A DNA stretch of 64,000 nt from Methanotrichaceae archaeon. GTDB lineage: Archaea; Halobacteriota; Methanosarcinia; Methanotrichales; Methanotrichaceae. Under the pieces are notes generated by a model that had not been told where the DNA came from, made no database searches, and saw nothing but the letters and a program-made list of their open reading frames with translations. Below are positions 55,006 through 64,000 of the stretch, in pieces. The DNA lies in NCBI GenBank assembly GCA_963754945.1, contig CAVWIG010000024.1, positions 59,040 through 123,039 of the forward strand, in the 5' to 3' direction. The first letter of the stretch is position 1, and each line of letters begins with the position of its first letter. The position numbers were made by a program, and so were the translations under genes.

Positions 55006-55172
55006 AACAATTGCTCACCTAATCGTACAGTCCGATAAATTAATTATAAATATTATTACTTATTAGTGGATGATTAACAAGCCTGAAGAAGTTTTTGCTT
55101 GTTTGGCTATTCTGCATCCATTAAGTTGCTCTTCGGGAAGAATTATAAGATCCGAACGAGAATACAATTTCT

Positions 55173-55928
55173 ATGAATTTTTCAGGAGAAACTGCTCAAT
55201 TGGAGACGGAGGTAACGGGTGTTATACAGCGAACGGAGGACGTTAAGTCCGTTCGGTTTAGAAGGCCAAAGGGATTTGATTATCTTTCGGGCCAATGGGC
55301 GTTTGTGACAGTTGGCGGTGAAGAGGAGCAGAAAACAAAACCCCTTTCTTTCTCAAGCAGCCCTACCGAGGATTTTCTTGAATTTACGAAGAGACTGACC
55401 GGCCACGAGTTCTCGAATGACTTTGCGGCAATGGAGGTTGGGGATGCGGCGACAATACGTGGGCCTTACGGCAAACTGACTCTCCAGGAGAATCATAAAA
55501 AAATCTGCATGCTGTCCGGTGGGATAGGCGTTACGCCCTTGCGCAGTATGATCCGGTACTCAACGGATAAGGTGCTGGAGACTAGCATAATCCTTCTCTA
55601 CTCCAACCGCTTCGAGGATGATTCTATAGCCTTCATGGACGATTTTGATGAAATGCGAGCGAGGAACCCGAACTTAGAGGTGATAGTCACGATAACTAGA
55701 CCTGGCCATGGATGGAAAGGACTAGCCGGGCGGATAAGTCAGGAGATGATCGAGAAAAAAGTACCAGATTACTCAGCGCGGGTTTTTTACTCCTGCGGTC
55801 CTAAGCCGATGGTCGATGCGATGGTGGCAATGCTAAGCGAGATGGGCCTTCCCGAGAAGCAAATAAAATACGAGTACTTCTCCGGTTATCTGGGAGCACC
55901 AGGTGGGGAATCCACACAACAGCAATAG
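55173..55928 (+). CDS. FNR-like FAD/NAD(P)-dependent oxidoreductase
   Basis: LSFSSSP, GPYG, GGIGVTP, CGPKPM. Confidence 0.88.
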   Translation: MNFSGETAQLETEVTGVIQRTEDVKSVRFRRPKGFDYLSGQWAFVTVGGEEEQKTKPLSFSSSPTEDFLEFTKRLTGHEFSNDFAAMEVGDAATIRGPYGKLTLQENHKKICMLSGGIGVTPLRSMIRYSTDKVLETSIILLYSNRFEDDSIAFMDDFDEMRARNPNLEVIVTITRPGHGWKGLAGRISQEMIEKKVPDYSARVFYSCGPKPMVDAMVAMLSEMGLPEKQIKYEYFSGYLGAPGGESTQQQ

Positions 55929-56055
55929 ATAGAAGGGAATACGACTGGGGGAAGTCGTCATTCTTTATTCTCTAATATTTATAATCCAGGTAATATAAAC
56001 TTCAACCTTAACTTAACTCCAGTTCTGTAACAAAATGACCCAAAAATTAGTTCAT

Positions 56056-57582
56056 TTATTCTGCGGATATTATCATATGCCGCTGAGCGTCTTGAATATG
56101 AGTTTCTAGATTTGATGATTTAGATCTATAAATGGTATTGTAGGAACAGAAGGGAACAATCCTTCCATCCGGCAAGGCGTAGTGAACTCCACATCTCTGC
56201 AACCTCTCCAGATCTATATTGTACAGATCCTGGAAGAACATAGTTCCGATAAAGAGAGTGTTGTTATGAAACTCGGTCAGAGCTTCCCGGGTTCCGTTCT
56301 TGATAATGCTTAGAAACAACCTGGTAAAGGCTAGGCCATCGGGAGTCTTCGACTCGTCTATGAACTTCGGCAGCTCCTTCAAGATCATGCCCTTCATCCA
56401 GAGCCTGCTCAGCCATGATCCATCGAAGTTCTTAACTTCCTCCTTGATCTTCTCCAGTAATCCCTCGACATCAACAAACCTCGTAATGGGGATAAGGCGG
56501 CCATTTAAGCTGTATAAGTAAGTGGCCGCACCGCAGCAAGGATGGACGGTCATGGTCGGTTGAGGAGTGCCGGTCTCAGCGGCAATTAGGCCGGATATGG
56601 GAACAACGAAAGGAACTGGATAGAAATCATCTCTAGTTATCTCGTTATCTGTCTGGTCTTCTACCAGGGTGATTAGATCGGATATGGTGAGCCTCTTCTT
56701 TTCCCTCTCCTGCTGATCGATCCTGCCCACAAACGACACTGGCTGGAAGTTAACGCCCTTCACTACATCGAGGTTCGTGGAGGCTAACCTGATTATGTCG
56801 CCTACCTGACCATCGTTAACCCCCTTCGCCAGGGTTGGAACAAGGACTAGGCTCATCTGCCCGGCTTCTCTGAGGTTCTTTATGGCTCGAAGCTTGATTT
56901 GCAGTAAGTCGCTTCCTCGCATCGTTTTGTACGGTTCTGGAGTAACGCCGTCGAACTGCATGTAGACGGTGCTGAGTCCACTTTTCACCAAGCTTTTGCA
57001 GAGGTCGAGACTGGCAGCGAGCTTTACACCGTTGGTAGCTACTTGAATCTGGGCGAAGCCCATTTCTTTCGCCATTGAGATGATCTCGGGCAGGTCATCC
57101 CTGATTGTAGGTTCGCCTCCGGATAACTGGACCGCCGGGCATGGAACTGGCCTCTGATCCCTCAGTGTCTGCATCATGGCCCTGATCTGGTCCATCGTGA
57201 GGTCTTCTGCATTTTGTCCTGCATCAGCGAAGCAGGTTGGGCATGATAGATTGCATCTATTGGTAACATCGATATTCGCCAGGATGGTGCTTGTCCTGTG
57301 ATTCTCGCACAGACCGCAGTTGAAAGGACAGTTCCCGGAAGACGCGACTGGTTTTTCTACGCCTGAACCAATGGCCCAGAAACGCATGAACTTTCTATAG
57401 AGCGTTACATCAGACCAGTACAAGTCTTTGAAATCGCCGTGGTCTGGACATCGTTTCTCTAGCTTAACTGCCTTGCCTTCTTGAAAAATATGGGCGTCGA
57501 CGACCTTCAGGCAAACGGGGCAGAGAGAAGATATAGTTTTGTCGATGATGCTAGGAGGAGTTATGATCTCATTCAAACGCAT
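56056..57582 (-). CDS. tes: Tetraether lipid synthase (Tes-type radical SAM), copy 2
   Basis: CPVC..CPDHG, CPFNCGLC, CNLSCPTC, MFFQDLYN, RCGVHYALPDGRIVPFC; collinear with 19241..20734. Confidence 0.83.
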   Translation of the reverse strand: MRLNEIITPPSIIDKTISSLCPVCLKVVDAHIFQEGKAVKLEKRCPDHGDFKDLYWSDVTLYRKFMRFWAIGSGVEKPVASSGNCPFNCGLCENHRTSTILANIDVTNRCNLSCPTCFADAGQNAEDLTMDQIRAMMQTLRDQRPVPCPAVQLSGGEPTIRDDLPEIISMAKEMGFAQIQVATNGVKLAASLDLCKSLVKSGLSTVYMQFDGVTPEPYKTMRGSDLLQIKLRAIKNLREAGQMSLVLVPTLAKGVNDGQVGDIIRLASTNLDVVKGVNFQPVSFVGRIDQQEREKKRLTISDLITLVEDQTDNEITRDDFYPVPFVVPISGLIAAETGTPQPTMTVHPCCGAATYLYSLNGRLIPITRFVDVEGLLEKIKEEVKNFDGSWLSRLWMKGMILKELPKFIDESKTPDGLAFTRLFLSIIKNGTREALTEFHNNTLFIGTMFFQDLYNIDLERLQRCGVHYALPDGRIVPFCSYNTIYRSKSSNLETHIQDAQRHMIISAE

Positions 57583-57969
57583 TGCTTTCAGTTTCTGCAA
57601 AAAGATCCCACCTATCTTCTTTTTTCACACATGCATCCACATTCATGTTTCTATTAGGCCATCAGCCAAATGTGGTTTGACTGGTACACACTCATGAAGG
57701 CAATATCAGAATTCACCAATGCTCTGACTATTAACATGTAAGATAATGATTATCAATTAATTAATCTGGCATACTATTTAAATTTTTCAACGATATCTGA
57801 TACGAATCCTTAAAACGACCAGCATATTTAATAGAAATGTAGAATTTATCAAAAAAGAACTGCTATAATTTACATAAAGGCATATTAGTTTAATTCCATT
57901 ATAAAAACTGGCAATAAGTCCTTGGGCGAGGTTGCTTTGCACTCCTCGGGATGGCTTCAATTACAGCAC

Positions 57970-59028
57970 TGTATAGTCCCGAAACTCTTGACTTTATATA
58001 CCCACCACTGGTGCATGGGAAAGAGGAATAAAGTTGTAAAGCTAACCCAGAAGAAAATCAGATACATAATCCGCTACAAAACCAACAACATCAGCACTAA
58101 ATCAATCGCCAAGGATCTCAAACTTAGCGAATCAACGGTAAAGCGAGTCTGGATGCATTGGATAAGAACCAAGATGCCCCTAAACATTAACAAATTTGGA
58201 AGAAAGAAAAAGAAGATGGATGAGTCTTCCGAGCAGTTAATTCTTGAAGTCAACAAAGAGCAAAATCTCGGCGCAAGACGTCTGGAAAAGATCATAGAAT
58301 TCACGCACGGAAAGCATATACCGCATAATGCCATTCATAATGTGCTAATAGCTCATGGCCAGGCAAAGACTAATCCAAACAAATCTAAGCGCAGAAAGCC
58401 ATGGGTTCGGTGGGAACGGGATCACAGCTTAAGCCTTGTACATCTGGATTGGCATACCAGAGACTGTGATGGAAAGAAGGTTTGCGTCGTCCTCGATGAT
58501 AGTTCGCGGCGCATTCTTGCAGGTGGAGAATTCGATGCGGAAACAACCGAAAACAGCATCGGACTCCTTCAAGAGGCACTTGAGAATTATGGTTGGTTGA
58601 CATCGATCCGCGAGGTGATGACAGACCATGGGACTCAGTTCTATGCCAATAAGCGGGACAAAAATGGCAATGCTGACACCGAATTTGAAAATTTCCTTAA
58701 GAGGAATAAAATAGTTCACATACTGTCTCCAGTTAAACGCCCTCAAGTCAATGGCAAAATTGAAAAGTGGAATGATACTTACGAAAAGAACAGATTTAGA
58801 TTCGATAATTTTGACAATTTCATGAATTGGTACAACACAGTCAGGTTCCATGAATCACTTGATACAAAGTGGTATCTACAGACGCCAGATATCGCATTCT
58901 GGGCAAGGCTGCCGGAAGGGTGCAAGTTAGGAATGTTCTTGAATCGCATGGAGACAGAATTAAATGCTAGAAAAAGAATATAAAATTCAGGTCGGAGTAT
59001 ATAAAGTCAAGACATTCAGGACTACACA
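57970..59028 (+). mobile_element. IS481-family element (transposase 58015..58983)
   Basis: 32-bp TIRs beginning TGT (4 mismatches); HLDW, TDHGTQF, NGKIEKW; no TSD. Confidence 0.88.
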
Positions 59029-59599
59029 CGAGGAAGCCGTGAGAGAAAAGCTTATCCATCCAGCCCCTCTCCACAGGAAGGAAGCAGGATATCTTCTCGT
59101 TTTGCTTAGGCCTGGCTATGTCTAACTCAGTGTGGGCAGTGTTGACATCCCCACAAATAACGATTCGACGGCCTTCGGCCTTAAGGCGATCCACGTGTTC
59201 CAGGAAAAGATCGTAGAACTTCAGCTTGTACTCCAGCCGCTCTTTGGAAGCCTTGCCGTTGGGGAAGTACACGTTGAAGAGTATGAAGCTTCCGTAGTCA
59301 GCCACTATGGCCCTGCTCTCGTCGTCGAAGCCGTCAATCTCCAATGAGAATTTTACAGATAACGGCTTCTTCCTGGTGAAGAGCCCGATACCAGCGTACC
59401 CCTTCTTATGCCCTGAGGAAAAGTAGGTGTGGTACCCCGGAGCATCCTTAACCTGGGACGGTATCTGGTCCTCCCTGGACTTGGTCTCCTGGACGCACAG
59501 GATGTCCGGCCTGTCCCGTTGCAGCCATTCAAGGAAGCCTTTCTTGTGGACGGCTCGAAGGCCATTCACGTTCCAGGAGAGAATACGAATTGTTGGCAT
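59029..59599 (-). pseudogene. xth: Exodeoxyribonuclease III, C-terminally truncated by IS481
   Basis: SWNVNGLRA, QETK, YFPNG, GDVNTAH; ends at HGFL at the IS boundary; no SDH motif. Confidence 0.88.
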
Positions 59600-59616
59600 T
59601 CCATCTCAGCTCTTTA

Positions 59617-62100
59617 TCACTTTTCGAATACTAAAACGCTCTCAGTTGCACGGGAGTTGCTGCGATATTTCATTGCCCCTCTATTGCAGCCCGCCATTGT
59701 TTGCTTTACGTGATAATCGAGTCGATTAACTGCAGCCCAATCAAGAGAGCTAGCCATTTCACAGAATATTTTTGGCAAATCGTTATGAATATCTTTGTAG
59801 TAGGAATCCTGGACTACAATTACACATTTTCCTGATCCTACAAGGGTCCTATCAATTTCCAAAAAAGATTTATAGATCGAATTAAAATATTGGATATGAT
59901 ATCTATAATAATATGACTTCGAGGCTTTCGAGCTATGTGTTTCAACTGCATTTAGAAAGGATTTGCAGGATCGGCCCCATTCTGATCTAACTTCTGGAAT
60001 CTCATTTATTATTGTGGGAGTTCCAATCATATGACTACGCATAATCTTGAGGTCTTGGTTCATCGAACAGCCCAATAGTGCGAGTTCTGGGCTGGTGGCA
60101 ATAGCGTAATCAATCCTTGCGCAATATGGTGGGGAAGAAATCACCGGTCGTGTACGCATATCATTGAATTGGTATCCTGAATGCCATTAGCTCCTTGATA
60201 GTCCAGCTATGATCAGTCAGTCCTTCTGCCATCGCAGGTGTTCTTTGCGTCCATTTTTTTCTGCCCTGATCGACTCTTAGCCGAAGTGACTTGTGTGGCT
60301 TGACAAAGTTATACCAAGCTTGGAAAAAGTCCAGGGCATGAGCATGTCTTCCCAAGATCTTGCTGCAATTCATGCTCTTGCGCACAAATCGAGCCAATGA
60401 ATTACGAATTGTGAGATTCAGCCGTTCAATATATGCCGTGTTGATCTTTCCTCCAGAATCGACACCAAGCAACTGCATTATCTCTTTTGGATCACCATAA
60501 ACAATAAGCTGTATTACCTCAACGAGTCTTCCATTCTTTCTTTTCTTGCAGACCTTTGCATACTTCAGGTTTGGGTAAGGAACCAGTATCGAGTCAGGCT
60601 TTCTTCCGATTCCGCAATAGGGCGGTGTCTCAAGAAAACCATAGACATTGAGAAGCCCCTCCTCGAAAGGGTCCCAGTTATCGGAAGTGAATACAGGAAT
60701 AGGCGAATCGATTGCACGACGTCTTTCAACATCGCTAAATAATCCGACACAATCCTCTGCAGTTCTTTTTCCCTCATGATGGCTTAAAAAAAGTCGTGTA
60801 TCGGGTTTTATTGCAGTCAGGCTATAGGCATCACCGTATTCTTTCGAATCGCTGACAGCGACGTTTTTCTCCTTTTTTTATATATGACCAGATCTCATCA
60901 ACTTGCACGCGATCAAGGCGAAGTTCTTCCAAAAAATAGTCAGTCACTTCTTTGCAATGTTTGCCCGTGAGATCTATCCATCTGCATATGGTGCTCTTAT
61001 CGTGACCTGATGATCGAGCAACACCACGAATACTTCCCTTTTCTGGAATCTCTGCCAATGTTCGACAGACTTCATCCATTGATGTATTAAGCCCGAAGAA
61101 TGGTGTTCCATGAGTCTCGCTGAAGCAACGGCTACAGGTTTTGCACTTGAGAAGGGCTCTGTTGTCCTTCCCGTATCGCTCTTTCAAAACTATGTTTCCT
61201 GCTCCCCTTTTCCCATAATCGGGACAGTTTTTCTGCCAGCACCAATATTTCGATAGATCAAGATTGGACTCCATCGCTACCCCAGCTTAATGATTTGCTG
61301 AGGTAGTATAAAAATTATTCAGTCAAGTAAGTACACGACCAAATCACCATATCAATTGATGTATTTGACAAGGGGATCGATTCTGATGAAGCGAGCTCAA
61401 TTTTAATGATTGGCGATTTTTTGATATTATTCTCGTCATCATTAAAAGCAACAACATTAATCATTTTATGAATTTGATTTTGCAGTTCTTGGTATATGTC
61501 ATCACAAGATGGATGAACATAGTCTTTTTTAGCTAAAGACAACTTTATCCATGTTGGATTCGATGAAACATATTGGGCAAGGAAGCTGCGTAAAGTTTTA
61601 AAGAGCGCCAAGTAAAAAAATGAAGCTAAGGTCGACAGATCTTGAAGGCTATCTTGAGAATAGATCGAATAATACTCATTATCTACAAGCAAGAGATGAG
61701 CGGCCCTCTCGACAGGCTCTAAAAAACACAAGGCGCTCTCGGGTTGGAGCCAAGAATTGAGGGGCTCTTCATTAGAAAATTTTCCATTTGAAAGCTGGAT
61801 GCAATTTTTATCATTGAATCCAGATAGGCTAATATTTTCTCCCTAATCTCTGTTGTAGAATCTAGAAGCTTGGCCTTGGCTACAATTACCATTACTGGAT
61901 TTATGTCAAAGCCAATTGCAGAAAATCCCATGTCTCTCGCGACTTGTGTTGTTGTCCCGCTTCCATTCCAGGGATCCATTATGACTGCATTATCATCAAT
62001 ACTTAGGCCTGCAATTATATCCATTACAAATTTTGGAGAAAACCCTGCATAATAATGATATAAATTGATCGATCTCTTGTTCGATGACCGATCTCTCTTT
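59617..62100 (-). pseudogene. Amino (N4C-type) DNA methyltransferase, split by IS1 and frameshifted
   Basis: YYAGFS, DPWNGSGTT, DINP, then DMVISSPPY after IS removal, VVQDSYYK; frameshift near 61790. Confidence 0.82.
60146..61340 (-). mobile_element. IS1-family element (orfA 61274-60831; orfB open to 60161 across an A7G junction)
   Basis: TIR GGTCGTGTAC; 8-bp TSD AAATCACC; Zn-ribbon and HTH, VDEIWSY, TSDNW, IERLNLTIR, TPAMAEG. Confidence 0.9.
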
Positions 62101-62521
62101 GGCTACTGTACCGTTCTGGGCAGTATCATTTGGCATCAACCTGATTAGTAAGCACTAATTCAATCAATTCCCTGGTTCGATCAATCTATGGCATCTCATC
62201 CATCTATCTATACGTTTTCTCGAGAAACTTTTGGGTCGCGTATGAGAGCTACTGAAAAACGCTAACTCCTGGCTAAATGGATATTCACCAGGAAAATTGA
62301 CCCATAGAACCTGATTTGGTCAATGATTTTCAGTAACATTCACCCACGACCAACTTTTGGGTGGCAGGCTTTTCACAAAATTGCCTCTCCGACCGATTTG
62401 GTGCAACTGCCAGAACCAAGCGGAAGGCCACTCATAAGTGAGCCCGTCTGGTTCATAATCCTGCTGCAAAATGAGGTATTTAACAAAAATCATTTGTGAA
62501 TATAAATTAGATCGTCTGAGC

Positions 62522-63223
62522 CTACGGGATATTCGCGCTTGGTACTTTTAAATAGACTTGATTAATCAGCCCCTGCATCAGCAAATCTCTGAGTTCTGAC
62601 ATTATCTCATATACGAAATTCTCAAATTTTAGATAAGTCTCCTCATCTATGCCACTCACATATTTTCCATGCGCGATGTCATTTCTTGCATCAAGCAGCT
62701 CCTTGATTTGATATTCATGTTTCTCGAAAACATCATATGGGAAACCTAACCTGAAAAGGATCTTCCTCATAACCTCTCGCTTAAGGTTTGATTCCGTATC
62801 CACTACTGAATCCGGTATATTTGCCTGAATGCCCAAAAAATTGTTCAATTCAGAAATAAAATTCACTTGTCGGCAAAAGCGATGTAATTTTGTATCATCA
62901 GGTAGTTTAGGTTTGAAAATTTTGCATTGTGCATCAGGAATCTCTAATGCCCTAAATATATCCGCAAAAGATAAAGTGACAATAAAATCATTTGCGCTCG
63001 AACAGAGAATTTTTTCTTGATCGATTGCATTTGTGTATATGAGAAAGGCCATTTTGCAGAAACCCTCGTAATGCGAATACAACATTACGACCAAAGCTTT
63101 CCGAAATCTCTTCTTTTCATCCTCCTTATCCATATTGGATAATTGGTTTCTCAATAAACGCATTTCGTCCTGGCGCCAAGTCAATTCTTCTTCGAGCTGA
63201 GCCCGAATATCGGACAACTTCAT
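62522..63223 (-). CDS. HEPN-family nuclease (MAE_28990/RiboL-PSP-like)
   Basis: LTWRQDEM, LYSHYEGF, TESNL, RNDIAHG (RxxxxH). Confidence 0.85.
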   Translation of the reverse strand: MKLSDIRAQLEEELTWRQDEMRLLRNQLSNMDKEDEKKRFRKALVVMLYSHYEGFCKMAFLIYTNAIDQEKILCSSANDFIVTLSFADIFRALEIPDAQCKIFKPKLPDDTKLHRFCRQVNFISELNNFLGIQANIPDSVVDTESNLKREVMRKILFRLGFPYDVFEKHEYQIKELLDARNDIAHGKYVSGIDEETYLKFENFVYEIMSELRDLLMQGLINQVYLKVPSANIP

Positions 63224-63419
63224 TAAAATACGGCCCCTAATCTACTTTCAACAAATGTTATTCTAGCTTCTAGATGTCCGGGTGTTTTTACCGCCTCCCA
63301 TAATAATTCTGCGAAACTCTTTATCGTTCCTAATAGATTTAAATTCTGTTCTTAATCGTTCTATAATTTCTGCTTCTAGGGGGTCGATTTTATCTAAATA
63401 TTTCTGGATACCAATAGCA

Positions 63420-63574
63420 GGTCGTGATGCAATAATTGGTTGGCGTTTTGGTAGTTGCCTCTTGCTTGCTATTATGATGAATTCCATTTTTGGGATTACC
63501 TCAGACAAATTGGCATGCAATGACGCTACGACCTTTGGAAGATCTAAATTCCAACCCATAATTGATTCACCACC
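63420..63574. mobile_element. 155-bp IS1-type MITE
   Basis: Ends GGTCGTGATGCAAT and reverse-complement GGTGGTGAATCAAT; 8-bp TSD CAATAGCA. Confidence 0.82.
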
Positions 63575-63787
63575 CAATAGCAAATGCTTCATAATAATAT
63601 GGGGAGACTCTTTTTTTAGGAGTGCCTTTACTACTTGTATCAGAAAATGCATATTCTCCAAGAGCGCTATTTAGAACCTTGAAAGTCTTTTCAAATTGGA
63701 CTTTCTCATTTTCATAATTAAATTCGATATTTATTTTTGGATCGGAGACAGCTTCCATATATTCAGTCAAAAAGTTCCGACATCATG

Positions 63788-63905
63788 TGCTGTGTTGCGT
63801 AACTCAGGACCGTGATGCTTACAGATGTCGATTTTGCTCATTTATCGATCATCACTGGTATTGCCCCGATGCATATCGATTTTGCCAGAGTTATTCAACA
63901 CAGCA
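63788..63905. mobile_element. 118-bp MITE
   Basis: 18-bp TIR TGCTGTGTTGcgTAACTC (2 mismatches); 8-bp TSD ACATCATG. Confidence 0.87.
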
Positions 63906-64000
63906 ACATCATGCACATATTTGTCTCTATAATTCTTGATCGCAAAAAAACGGAGGACTAATTCTTTATCAAAGAGTCTATTTCTTGAGGCTTCTGCTAA

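Larger units (their letters stand above)
63223..64000 (-). pseudogene. 3' part of a probable DUF262-family protein, disrupted by two MITEs and frameshifts
   Basis: Reconstructs to ELVLRFFA..YVHDV..FLTEYME..FEKTF..LGEYAF..YEAFAIG-IQKY..GGGKN; stop overlaps the HEPN start (TAATG). Family call is from the C-terminal pattern and context; the DUF262 core lies outside the window. Confidence 0.65.

Noticed and set aside
62100-62200. In-frame TAG codons and a possible 41-bp insert in the MTase 5' region as pyrrolysine read-through or a further mobile element
   Set aside because: No pyl genes, no TIR or TSD; decay of a pseudogene is simpler.
63263-63770. ORFs 63263..63661, 63282..63674 and 63567..63770 as separate genes
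   Set aside because: They are fragments or chimeras of one gene and its MITE.

Overview
Archaeal chromosomal segment, most likely from a Methanosarcinia methanogen (Methanothrix-like; inferred from gene content, not from a marker comparison). The left and centre are mostly housekeeping: trpB, xseAB, sfsA, cbiMNQO, larB, thermosome, purC, cobQ, the rpl18e-rpl13-rps9-rpoN-tRNA-Pro-rpoK-rps2-memo-mvk-ipk-fni-rnj-idsA superoperon, asd, ahbD/ahbA. From about 37 to 57.6 kb is an accessory ion/pH block: gamma carbonic anhydrase, OFA-type MFS, CLC, P3A H+-ATPase, a secreted protein plus cupredoxin, a complete N-ATPase operon whose c subunit has ESI instead of the EST Na+ motif, and a second tetraether synthase (Tes) paralog. 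The first Tes sits in a tes-UbiA-GT2 operon. Mobile DNA is abundant and resolvable to the base: two IS5, IS701, IS481, IS1, an IS200/IS605-type palindromic mini-element and several MITEs. Removing these restores genes the ORF track misses: a 168-aa PIN toxin hit by three separate elements next to an intact Panacea-like antitoxin, the C-terminus of CbiO, and a DUF262-HEPN-methyltransferase defence-like locus. Three candidate structured RNAs are noted. Several frameshifts are single-base losses in homopolymers and may be assembly errors.
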